Position numbers and translations under genes: made by a program. From positions 62,001 through 126,000 of IMG/VR virus record IMGVR_UViG_3300046170_000519: a stretch of 64,000 bases of DNA; one strand, written 5' to 3'. Below, in pieces: positions 48,677 through 58,800 of the stretch; position 1 is the first letter of the stretch; every line of letters starts with the position of its first letter. Under the pieces are notes generated by a model. That model saw only the letters and a program-made list of their open reading frames with translations, made no database searches and was not told the DNA's origin.

Positions 48677-50209
48677 TTAAATTGGCAAAGTTTCGGCTCC
48701 ATTGCCCAGCTCAAGCTCATTCATGTTTTGAGAGGCTTGAACAATATCAACTAAATCGCCATGATCCTTAATCCTAAAGTTATCAAATTCAAAATTAACA
48801 TAATTTTTTTTATGAGTTCCATCTGGCATTTCAACTAAATTTTGAGCTCGCGCTACATCTATACCATAATTTCTAGCTTTTTCAATTTTTAAGATGTGTC
48901 TTCCGCAGAAAAAAGGGTCTGCTTCCATTTCATCAATAGTTTTATTTCTCAAAATTAACAAATGCGAGCAAAACTGCTTAATTCTATGACTTAATGAAAT
49001 TACGCTTTCATCATCAACTACCGCTTCAGAACTCCGATTTCCAACCGTACCAACACGATTAGCCTGAACACTTGTTATTAGTGAAACCATTGGGCGAGCA
49101 TTAAAAACAAGATCTCTTTGGATTAATTTTTTAAATTTATCAACCATCTCACCTACAACCTGATACTCTGTTTTGAATTTATTCGTCATTTCAAAACTAG
49201 ATTTTATATAATCAAAATTTATTATTAGAGGATTTCCTCTACCTATTTCAGAATAATAATATCTAGATATATAAGTTAAAATTTCATCTATATTTTTCCC
49301 TCCAACATTATAATAATCATACCGTATTCCATTCGATTGAATTTTTTCAATAGCTTTTTCAACCCTAGGCTTATATGATGAATCATCAGCCCAATCTCCA
49401 CTCTCTATTAGAGATAAAGGAACTCCTGAGTAGGAAGCCATCATTCTGAAAACAATTTCTTCTTCACTCATTTCTCCATTATCTAAATGAAGTATAGGAA
49501 TTTTATGTTGACCAGCTACACACATGCAGTAATGAGTTGTGAATTGAGTTTTTCCAACTCCAGATCCAGCGCAAATAATAGTTATATGCCCACCTCGAAC
49601 AAGAGAGCCGCATAAATTGTTTAAACTTTTATGAGGGCCATCTGGCCCAGAATCTTTAAAAATTGATCTATCATTAGCTCTTTCATAAATTAAATCTGGC
49701 ATAACAGAGAATAAATTAACAGCTTTTCCTGAGATATTTTCATATAATTCAATACTTTCATTATATAAAGCATCACAAGCTGAAATAATATCATCATAAG
49801 TTGAGGTAGAGCTCATGTCAGACATTGTTTTTTGAAGGCTGCCCCCCACAGAAGAAAAATGCCGACGAATGCTTAGCAGCTTTACAATTTCAGCAGAATC
49901 TTTTAAGCAATCCAAGGAAATGTTGGAAGAAAGTAAATCTATAGATTCTAAATATTGCGGTACTGAAATATTATCTTTAAAAGATAAGTTAAGCGAATTA
50001 ATGTGATGAAGAACAAGGCTAATATCAACAGCTTTATTATTATTAATTAAATCAGAAATTTGTAAAAATAAAGTTTTATGAAGAATAGAATCTTTGCTGT
50101 AAAAATCTTTTTCAGATATAAAATGAGACAAATCTGAAATAAAAAAATCTGCATGAGCTATGATGCCAGCTAAAAGATTTCTTTCTTGTTCTAAGTCATA
50201 TAATTTCAT
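48677..50209 (-). CDS. dnaB: replicative DNA helicase, DnaB-like
   Basis: E..LL..I, AGSGVGKT, EMS.EE...R, FDYI, Q.NR, K.R. Confidence 0.85.
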   Translation of the reverse strand: MKLYDLEQERNLLAGIIAHADFFISDLSHFISEKDFYSKDSILHKTLFLQISDLINNNKAVDISLVLHHINSLNLSFKDNISVPQYLESIDLLSSNISLDCLKDSAEIVKLLSIRRHFSSVGGSLQKTMSDMSSTSTYDDIISACDALYNESIELYENISGKAVNLFSVMPDLIYERANDRSIFKDSGPDGPHKSLNNLCGSLVRGGHITIICAGSGVGKTQFTTHYCMCVAGQHKIPILHLDNGEMSEEEIVFRMMASYSGVPLSLIESGDWADDSSYKPRVEKAIEKIQSNGIRYDYYNVGGKNIDEILTYISRYYYSEIGRGNPLIINFDYIKSSFEMTNKFKTEYQVVGEMVDKFKKLIQRDLVFNARPMVSLITSVQANRVGTVGNRSSEAVVDDESVISLSHRIKQFCSHLLILRNKTIDEMEADPFFCGRHILKIEKARNYGIDVARAQNLVEMPDGTHKKNYVNFEFDNFRIKDHGDLVDIVQASQNMNELELGNGAETLPI

Positions 50210-50220
50210 CTAATTTGATG

Positions 50221-50249
50221 ATATTAACATAAAAGACATTAAATGTCAA
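50221..50249 (-). promoter_or_regulatory. sigma70 promoter TTGACA-17-(TGt)TAATAT
   Basis: 11 nt before the dnaB ATG. Confidence 0.7.
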
Positions 50250-50257
50250 TGTCTTTA

Positions 50258-50512
50258 TTAGTTTTCTTCAGTAAAATCAACAATACCGCTCTCTGAAGAT
50301 GCGAGTAAAAAGTCTTCTAAAGATTTTCTTAACCCCATGTGGACAACTTCTGTTGCGGATTTAGAATATATAAAAGGTTTTCCGTCTTGACCAACACAAG
50401 ATAGAATAAAGCCTCTATTACTTTCAGAGTCTCCAGTTAACTCAAAAAGCTCATCGAGGAAGCTTTCTGGAATAAAAAAAGGGTTTAAGTCATCTGGATT
50501 AATATCATTCAT
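50258..50512 (-). CDS. small acidic hypothetical protein
   Basis: 84 aa, F.IPE..L..LFE.TG. Confidence 0.6.
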   Translation of the reverse strand: MNDINPDDLNPFFIPESFLDELFELTGDSESNRGFILSCVGQDGKPFIYSKSATEVVHMGLRKSLEDFLLASSESGIVDFTEEN

Positions 50513-50519
50513 AGAATTG

Positions 50520-50933
50520 TTATATAAGTTTTACACCAAATTTAGCAAAAAGATTTGGAGTTATTTGATCATTTGGATATATTTCAACAAGAGTGATATC
50601 GTTAATGTTGCAAAAATCTAATTTTTGTTTATCTCTAGAGAGTTGAGAGATGTAATTAATTTTATTAAATCCGTGGAAAAAAGGGGTGTATTTTGTATGC
50701 TGTCCTCCTTGAACTTCAACAGCAACTTTCCTGTTTGAATTATAAAAATCAAAAGACATTTTGCTTCCTACGAGAGGAAACTCTTCAAAAACAACATGAT
50801 TAATCCAATATTTTTTTAAAAAATTTTTAACCGCAAATTGAAATTTACTCCTGCTAGGCGAATCCCAATCTATTAAATATTTTTTAATATTAGAAACTTT
50901 TTTTTCTCTCCCATGTAAAGATTTAAACTTCAT
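50520..50933 (-). CDS. Vsr/DUF559-like endonuclease
   Basis: EF.......DFY......AVEVQG.QH, RD..K..FC..N.I.L.EI. Confidence 0.78.
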   Translation of the reverse strand: MKFKSLHGREKKVSNIKKYLIDWDSPSRSKFQFAVKNFLKKYWINHVVFEEFPLVGSKMSFDFYNSNRKVAVEVQGGQHTKYTPFFHGFNKINYISQLSRDKQKLDFCNINDITLVEIYPNDQITPNLFAKFGVKLI

Positions 50934-50938
50934 TAAAA

Positions 50939-52669
50939 TTAATTATTAAAACTATATAAGGGTGAATTACTATATGCAATATCAGAAGAGTTTAAACTTC
51001 TCAAATATAATGCGTACGAAGATGGAGGATATGGATCTAAATTCTCAATCAAAACTTTTTTATTAATAATCATCGTTCCATCTATAACCGAATTATGATG
51101 AGATAAGAATTCTAAATTCCAAATATCTGGAAAACCATTTTTAAGAAGGTTTGATTTTAATCTTTCAAATTTAGAGTTAATATGAGAGTAATAAAGATCT
51201 TTATTATACAATTGTTTAGAATTACCCACAAAACTTTCCGAACAGCACATTTCGCAGCCAGTGTTTTTTATTAATTTTAACTGCTCGGAAATGGCATTTT
51301 CAGATGGGTGGACTGAGTAAGAAGCTAATAAAGCATAAGAGCCTTTTGAGGAGTTTAAAGAGTTAAAAAAACCTTCAGAGGTTCCATTGTGAGAAACTAA
51401 CTCAATGTTTACATAATCTAATGCAGATAAGCTTTTTGAGAAACCTTCAAAAAGTGGATCATCGAGCTTACTTTCAAATAATATAGAGACAGAAGGGTTA
51501 AAACTTTTTAAAATAGAGGGGGATTCTACTTTTAATTCTTTAATATAATTAGGAGCTTGATCAAAAACTAAAGAGGGGTCTGGATTAATTTTAAAACAAT
51601 TATCAATACTATTGATACCCATTTGGGTGAAGCACAACCTTTCTCCCCAGATCAAGTTTTTGGGATTTGGGCTATGCAAGCCAAAACCAATCACAGAGTG
51701 AGAGGCTCTGTAATTATCTAAATATATATCAAAAGCTTGATCAGCTGGGTTATTATGATCTAAGGGAATAAAATGAACATTTGAATAACCTCCAAATAAA
51801 AATTTAACATTATTAATATGTTGAGATCTAACTGGTATTACAACTTCTTTATGATTGTTGATAGCATATTGAATCGCATTACGAACAGAAAAATGATCTT
51901 TTGGCCCCTGATGACACATCAAAAAAACTTTATCACTATTTTTTACTTGCATTTCGTCATGAACAAAACCAAAAACAGATATTCTGTCACCAACAAAAGT
52001 TCCAAAAGTAATTGGTGGATGCTGCGGAAAAGGGACAGAATAATCATACTTGCTTTTGCTTGGGTCGTGATGATGATCCATGCAGGAATTTTTATATAAA
52101 GGTAGTAGTTTTTGAGATAAAAAACTTTGGTCATCGCTATAGGAAAATGTATAATTTCTTTTTGCTTTAGCCCATTTATCAATGCCATCAATCATGCTAA
52201 AAGATAAAGGAGTTTTTACTCCACACATGCCACCCATAATTGGAGACCAATGACCACTAGCATGGTCATGCATAGAATGAAGAACCTTGTCAGAGGATAT
52301 CCATTCGGTGACAGCAAATTTTTCTCTATAATTAACTAAAGAATCTGTATCCCTAAAAATAACCGCAGAAACATTTGGGTCGTCGGCAGCAAAATACCGC
52401 CAATACATCGGAGGTATTTTTGAGTCTACAACAAAAACCTCTGCCCCTGTTTTTTTAAGAGCTTCTAAATTTTTTAAATCAGGAGGGCAATAAAATCTAC
52501 ACACCCAATCTGGGTATATTTTTTTAGCTTCAAGAACGTTTTTCTCGGCACCTATTAAATATGTAGATTTCTCTCCATAGACAGAGAAGCTGATTACTTT
52601 TTTTTCTTTAACAAGAACCTCGTTAAAAATTGAAAAGTTAACTGCTGGATTTTTTAGGCTTAGGCTCAT
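50939..52669 (-). CDS. multidomain glycosyltransferase-like protein
   Basis: N-domain ISFSVYG...WR.FA.DD...RDTDS...GGM.G; central domain; C-domain is a degenerate copy of the GT2 at 13811-14533. Confidence 0.55.
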   Translation of the reverse strand: MSLSLKNPAVNFSIFNEVLVKEKKVISFSVYGEKSTYLIGAEKNVLEAKKIYPDWVCRFYCPPDLKNLEALKKTGAEVFVVDSKIPPMYWRYFAADDPNVSAVIFRDTDSLVNYREKFAVTEWISSDKVLHSMHDHASGHWSPIMGGMCGVKTPLSFSMIDGIDKWAKAKRNYTFSYSDDQSFLSQKLLPLYKNSCMDHHHDPSKSKYDYSVPFPQHPPITFGTFVGDRISVFGFVHDEMQVKNSDKVFLMCHQGPKDHFSVRNAIQYAINNHKEVVIPVRSQHINNVKFLFGGYSNVHFIPLDHNNPADQAFDIYLDNYRASHSVIGFGLHSPNPKNLIWGERLCFTQMGINSIDNCFKINPDPSLVFDQAPNYIKELKVESPSILKSFNPSVSILFESKLDDPLFEGFSKSLSALDYVNIELVSHNGTSEGFFNSLNSSKGSYALLASYSVHPSENAISEQLKLIKNTGCEMCCSESFVGNSKQLYNKDLYYSHINSKFERLKSNLLKNGFPDIWNLEFLSHHNSVIDGTMIINKKVLIENLDPYPPSSYALYLRSLNSSDIAYSNSPLYSFNN

Positions 52670-54254
52670 CAGAAAAAACTATGTCATCACAATTATCTTT
52701 ACCACTGATACAAAGCCAGTGAGGGTGATTACCTTCTTCAAAATTAAATTCAGCCTCCTCTTCATAATTCTCTTTACTCGCATACAAGATACGTTTATCT
52801 AATCTTGGGGCAAAAATTTTAGGAGGAGTCTCTCTACCTTTAGCTAAAGTACAAGCCCAGAAACTAAAAGAAGAGTTGGCTCTAAAAATTGAGCGAGCAA
52901 AATAAATTCTTAAGAAATCTGGAAACCAATCAAACATGATTTCAGGTAAAACTTGAGAACCTTCTGGGTATCGCCATGCACCCCTAGCTTTTATAGTACC
53001 TTGGCTGAGTGAGTTGCCTACACCCCATTTATTCGACCAATCATCAGATGTCCACTCAATCTCTTCTGGGTTATAGCCATATTTTTCAAAAGCTTTCAAA
53101 TAAGACTTCTTTGATATAACAGAATAACCACCATTTAATTTATAGTTAACATTTGATATGTCATCACGCCGAAGATGAGCGATATCATAAGTACCTTGCT
53201 TGTCTTCCATTCGTTTATAAAGGTCTAAATTCTTAACTTCATCAGAAAATTCGTAAAGCTTTAAAACATCTGAAAGTTTCATTTCATCGAATATTTTATG
53301 ATGATAGGCTGAAACACTATCTACACAAACCCCTTGTTTGTAGTCTGTATAAGTCTGTTCGGGGTTGTCTGGGTTAACATATCGAAAATCATAAATTGGA
53401 GAACGAGAGCAAAATTCTTTAGTAGCTTCTAAACGATACTGAAAGGAATCAAAGGGCGCAATTGATTGGTTCACGCTCTTTAATAACTCAGAATCTTCTA
53501 AGATTTCATAATCTAAATTAAATAATTTAGAACCTTCCCAGTCAGACGGTAGTAAAACTTTACCGTTTAACTTTTTAGCTCTATTATGGATATAAGCATA
53601 TGTATGCATTCTGTTGCCGAATCTACCATTCCAATGGAATAAAAATACATCACCTTGCTTTCTTTTGTTTTTGGGGTCATGAAATTTATAATAATTAATG
53701 TCTTGAGATAAATTTTTGAAATACTCTTCTCGATGCTCCACGGGAACATTTTCATTAATTAATTGAGCTATTAAATCATGGTTTTTATTTTTTTTAAAAA
53801 CAGGAGAGTTGCGAACACCAGCGACAGGAGGGTTTACATCTGAATCTCCTTGGCTTGGGTCTCTGACAGGAGAGGAAGCAGGTTTTGGCAACTCTTTTTC
53901 TCCAGCCAGTAAAGAAACTAAATCTGATCTCTTGAGTTCCGCTGAAGATTTTGCTTTTGTTGTTTTTGTGGATTTGTTTTTTGGGAGTTCTTCTGGTTTT
54001 GGAATGCGGTTTTCAGGTTTTGGCGCGGTGGACGAGTTTGGCTTTTTCATCTCTGGCTCAGGCTCTTCTGAAGCACCGTCTGTAAGCATTGCAAGTAAAT
54101 CTTTTTTAGTTTTTTCTGGAGGAAACTTTAGTTTTGAATTTTCAACAGTTTCACCAACAAGAGAAGATATTAAAGAATCTTTTTTGAGTTGCTTTGTATT
54201 AATTTCTCCATCTTCAGCTGTTTTTTTTATTTTTTCTTTTTCTTTTTTATTCAT
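52638..54254 (-). CDS. GT11-like fucosyltransferase with long disordered N-terminus
   Basis: GRFGNRM, HLRRDD, SDD, DF, ANSSFSFW. Confidence 0.7.
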   Translation of the reverse strand: MNKKEKEKIKKTAEDGEINTKQLKKDSLISSLVGETVENSKLKFPPEKTKKDLLAMLTDGASEEPEPEMKKPNSSTAPKPENRIPKPEELPKNKSTKTTKAKSSAELKRSDLVSLLAGEKELPKPASSPVRDPSQGDSDVNPPVAGVRNSPVFKKNKNHDLIAQLINENVPVEHREEYFKNLSQDINYYKFHDPKNKRKQGDVFLFHWNGRFGNRMHTYAYIHNRAKKLNGKVLLPSDWEGSKLFNLDYEILEDSELLKSVNQSIAPFDSFQYRLEATKEFCSRSPIYDFRYVNPDNPEQTYTDYKQGVCVDSVSAYHHKIFDEMKLSDVLKLYEFSDEVKNLDLYKRMEDKQGTYDIAHLRRDDISNVNYKLNGGYSVISKKSYLKAFEKYGYNPEEIEWTSDDWSNKWGVGNSLSQGTIKARGAWRYPEGSQVLPEIMFDWFPDFLRIYFARSIFRANSSFSFWACTLAKGRETPPKIFAPRLDKRILYASKENYEEEAEFNFEEGNHPHWLCISGKDNCDDIVFSDEPKPKKSSS

Positions 54255-54313
54255 TTTTAAAATAGATTATACTTTTATGGTAATTTTTAAAATTAAATTT
54301 TCTAAAATAATTA

Positions 54314-55414
54314 TTACAAACTTAATATTTCTTCCTTTATCATATCAAATATATACTCCCTTAAGTTATCGTCAGATTCAAGTATATCAAGAAGTTTATT
54401 TTCTCCTTGAATTTTTTCTGGAAGCTCTAATTTTTTAAGCTCTAACTTCTTTCTGAGGTCTTCATCGATAGAGATCCAAGCCCCTTTCTGCTCCAGAAAA
54501 CCCCAGTTTTTCATTAAGTCTACCAGCTCTTTTTCGACCCATATAGAATTCCCATCTTTTCTTCCGTATCGAATTGGATATTTTACGCAAGCCCCTGTTT
54601 TTTCATTAACGCTTTTTCTAAAAATTATTTTACAATAATGACCAATTGGATCACCTTTATCTTCGAGTCTGGAAGCTGAAGGGTTGGTGTACATTATCTC
54701 AGTTGAGTATCTCTCTTGAAATTCTAATATAAAATTAGCATAATGTTTGATTGCATTCCCTCCAGCCTGTTTTACTTTCGGTCCACCTCTTGAAGCATAT
54801 GGATTAGTCGCGACTTCAACTCTAACTTGAGATGTTAAAATTAACATATGACCCATTTTAGTCAAAGGTAATATAACTTTTTTCAAGAAGACGGAAGTTA
54901 TAAGAGCTCCTCCAGCAACCTGCTCGCTATCTTCAAAAGCTTTTTCATAATCAATCAAGCGGCACAGAGCATCAACACTGTCAATAATAAATAAATATTT
55001 TTTATTTTCAGGATTATTGGATATTAATTCCCTTAACAACTCAAAAACTTTTTCGTACACATTACAATCAAATCTAAAAAATTTATCTGGACTTTGGTCA
55101 ACCCCGCATCGAGACAGTAATTCTTTGCTTAATCGACCTTCACTTTTAACATAAATCACCATTCCATCTTTTTTAAAATGATTTTGAAAATTTTTAGCAA
55201 CAGTTAGAGCGCAGCTAGTCTTTCCTCCTTCATTAACACCAGTAAAACGATGAGCTCCAGAGCAAAAACCTCCATTGAGGGCTAAATCTAAATGGAGACT
55301 GCCTGTTGGGATTTTATAATCTAATTCTTGATGGTTGTTATAGTGATACTTTGAATTAGATTTATCATTCAAAAAGTTTTCAATTAAAGATAAGGAGTGA
55401 TTAGTTGTTGTCAT
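54314..55414 (-). CDS. recA: RecA-family recombinase
   Basis: IPTGSLHLDLALNGG, G.NEGGKTS, IIDSV.AL, SQVR, GGNAIKHYA, GAW. Confidence 0.88.
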   Translation of the reverse strand: MTTTNHSLSLIENFLNDKSNSKYHYNNHQELDYKIPTGSLHLDLALNGGFCSGAHRFTGVNEGGKTSCALTVAKNFQNHFKKDGMVIYVKSEGRLSKELLSRCGVDQSPDKFFRFDCNVYEKVFELLRELISNNPENKKYLFIIDSVDALCRLIDYEKAFEDSEQVAGGALITSVFLKKVILPLTKMGHMLILTSQVRVEVATNPYASRGGPKVKQAGGNAIKHYANFILEFQERYSTEIMYTNPSASRLEDKGDPIGHYCKIIFRKSVNEKTGACVKYPIRYGRKDGNSIWVEKELVDLMKNWGFLEQKGAWISIDEDLRKKLELKKLELPEKIQGENKLLDILESDDNLREYIFDMIKEEILSL

Positions 55415-55802
55415 GATGATTTTTGCGATCTGAGAAAAAATTTCTAAAAGTTTTTTTGGATTTTACAGTATAATTAGAAACTTCAGTTATATCTCGTTTG
55501 AATTTTAATGGTTTATAAGGTTTTGGCTGCCAATGAAAACGTTTCCATTGTTTTTTAAGGAAGTATTTCCAATAGTAATTCTTTTTGTCAAAAAATAAAG
55601 CTAAAGATGGAATTCTTCCATTTTTACACTGGGCATTTTCCAGACTTAATGTTTGCCAGAAAGATTCACTAGGATAAAGTCCATATATCTTCTTAAATAA
55701 AACAGTCTCTTTTTTCCAGAAGGTTTTCGCCGAAAGAGACCTGCCATCTTTCGGGCAAATTAAAATACGAGAAATAACATCTTTATAATTAAAATTATTC
55801 AA
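55401..55802 (-). CDS. hypothetical basic protein
   Basis: 133-aa ORF coupled to recA. Confidence 0.55.
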   Translation of the reverse strand: MNNFNYKDVISRILICPKDGRSLSAKTFWKKETVLFKKIYGLYPSESFWQTLSLENAQCKNGRIPSLALFFDKKNYYWKYFLKKQWKRFHWQPKPYKPLKFKRDITEVSNYTVKSKKTFRNFFSDRKNHHDNN

Positions 55803-55851
55803 AATAGAATTTGTATTCTATCAAAAAAATATAAAAAAATCAAGAAAAAAA

Positions 55852-58800
55852 TTAGCTAGTTATCTCTTTGCAGTGGTAAGCGTTATTCGCTGAAGTTCCC
55901 TTCATATTAGTGTAATCCTCATGATTGCTGATGACCACTCTTTCTGATGGAGCTTCTAGGCAGGTAATTGTGTCCCTCCCTTCATTATTATAATCAATAG
56001 CCATAGATTGATTACCCATAGAGTGGACAACAGAACATTGACCATACCATTCTTTTATATTACCTGCACCCGACTCAGTCGTAAATCCCATCTGTAATTC
56101 GGCCTCTAATTTGTGTGTTACGAGGCAATTTTCTCCTGCTGTAAGAAGATCATCTATATATTGATCGATTGCAGCTTCACATTCTAGAGCAGAATGCAAT
56201 AATCCATGATTACCTTCGGTGAACATGCAAGCATTCTGGTTACCTTGGCTGCAAAGATATTCTGTATATGTTGTGGTATTAAAATTTGGATCGCTCTTAT
56301 GTTGAACTTTTGCTTTTTCTATATAAAACTGATCTAAAATAGTTGTAGCAATGTCAGCTATATGCCTAATTGTTGAAATTAATTGTTTAGGGCTAGCTTC
56401 TACAGTTTCACCTGCGACAGCATCAAAATATGAAAGCCCTTGGCAGCCCAAGCTAGAGTTAAATGGACATTCACCGCTCTCATTCAAAGAGTTTCCATAA
56501 GCCATTAAAGCTTCTAAAGTTGTTAAACCAGAGAGGTCTTCCTTGCGAAGAGAATTTAATGGGTTTGACTGTGTCATTATTAATGTCAAATTACATCCTT
56601 CCATTGTCATCTCATAGTTAACTGTTTGAATAAGACAGTTCCCACTTGTAGGGTTAAAATAATCAGCATTTCCATCATCACCCGTACATTTGAAAAGACC
56701 AAAACTACCTGAAGAGCTACCCGAAATAGGCATGTCGATAAATTGACTATTCATTCTTAAGAATTGATTGCCGACAAGAAAATCAATTTGAACTATTCCT
56801 TGCCCCCTGCAAGCATTGAAAGACATCACGGAAAGTAAAACCTTTAAACTTCCTTGAGCTCCCCACTGCACTGGTGGCTCAAAGCCATATTTTTTATTAT
56901 CGTCTTTATTATACATTGTAAGAGTCTGAGGGTCATTGCATTGACAACCTATTTTTGGACCGTTACAATCTTGAACTTGAGCACTATCCAATTCGTTGCA
57001 GAAAGCTTCAAGAGTATTACCTTCCTTAAGATATTCACACAAATCTCCATTGTCACCGACAATATCTTTTAAGTCTGTAGCTTGAGTAGTATATATGTAA
57101 TAAAAAGCCGATTTTTCATGATCTTTTTCTTTTTTATCATCATCACCTTCGCTCGGACAAGCTTCATCCACTGCACACCTGAAGCCCGTAACTCCGCACT
57201 CTGTTGTATTTCGTATGATTTCAGGCTCAACAGTCTGCTCATATGGATCTTCAGATGTATCTAGACAATTGTAAGTCATATTGCTAATATTATCAAGTTC
57301 AGAGATATTAGTTATCTCGCTTAACTCATCACACATCTCTTGTGAGCCATCTGCCATGTTGCCGTCTTCATCGACATCACAACACTCTTCCGTATCTTTT
57401 AAGCTCCAATTTAAAACCTCTACTTGAATTTTACCTTCCTGCGTTAACTCGTACTCACGATTTTTTGTGTTTAGTTTGATGATAGCTGTTTCCGTACAAT
57501 TACAATCCTCCCAAAGACACCCACCACAACAGTCAGAACCATCATTATCACCATTTGATGTATCTGTACCAGCAGGAGCTGTATCTGTGCCAACAGGAGA
57601 TGTATCTGTGCCAACAGGAGATGTATCTGTGCCATCACCTTCTCCACTAGTATCTGTGGATTCTCCAGCTGTATCTGTACTTTCTGCTGCTGTATCTGTA
57701 CTTTCGGGAGCTGTATCTGAGGGTTGTGGGCTTGTATTTGTTAATTGTGGGCTTGTGTTTGTTGATTTATAACTAGTATCTGTAGATTTAGATTTAGAGG
57801 TATCTGATGGATCAGGACTGTCTGTGGAATTCCCTACCGTTGGTGTTTCGGCGCCATGAGTTGGTGTTCCTTTAGGATCTGTTGGTGTTTCAGGATCTGT
57901 TGGTGTTTCAGGATCCGTTGGTGTTTCAGGATCAGTTGGTGTTTCGGGATCCGTTGGTGTTTCAGGATCCGTTGGTGTAAGCGGATCGGTTTGAGATTCC
58001 GTTGGTGTAAGCGGATCGGTTTGAGATTCCGTTGGTGTAAGCGGATCAGTTTGAGATTCCGTTGGTGTAGGCGGATCAGTTTGAGATTCCGTTGGTGTAG
58101 GCGGATCAGTTTGAGATTCCGTTGGTGTAGGCGGATCAGTTTCAGATTCTGTTGGTGTGGGAGGATCAGTTTCAGATTCTGTTGGTGTGGGAGGATCAGT
58201 TTGAGATTCCGTTGATGTGGGGGGATCCGTTTGAGTTTCCGTTGGTGTGGGAGGATCCGTTGGAGTATCTGTTTTGGTTTCAGATTCTGTATTTGTGTGA
58301 GTCTCTGTTTTTGTTTCAGATTCTGTATTTGTGTGAGTCTCTGTTTTTGTTGGAGTATCTGTTTTTGTTTCAGATTCTGTATTTGTCTTAGTTTCTGTAT
58401 TTGTCTTAGTTTCTGTTTTTGTTTCAGATTCTGTATTTGTGTGAGTCTCTGTTTCTGTTAGGGTATCTGTTTTTGTTTCAGATTCTGTATTTGTGTGAGT
58501 CTCTGTTTCTGTTAGGGTATCTGTTTTTGTTTCAGATGCTGTATTTGTGTGAGTTTTTGTCTCTGTACCAGTTTTAGTTTCTGTATAAGAGCCAGTTTCT
58601 GTTTCAGTTTGAGAAACTGTTGCTGTTTCTGTTTTAGTTTCAGTAGCTGTATCTGTTTCGGTTTTAGTTTTGCTTGGGCTTTTGGTATCTGTCGGAGTAG
58701 GGCAAGCACAAACCTTTCTCCAAGTAACATATTCTCCATCATCATGCAGATATTCTATTTGATCGCATGCTTTTTTGTATTCTTGACCGTAACTATCGGA

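Noticed and set aside
53809-54438. 209-aa plus-strand ORF, and similar ones at 57467-59093 and 60955-61476
   Set aside because: Antisense shadows of low-complexity minus-strand coding sequence.
57875-58560. Regular 18/30/54-bp repeats as a possible CRISPR array
   Set aside because: Units are head-to-tail without unique spacers, are multiples of 3 and vary mostly at synonymous positions within a long ORF; they are coding repeats, and no cas operon is present.
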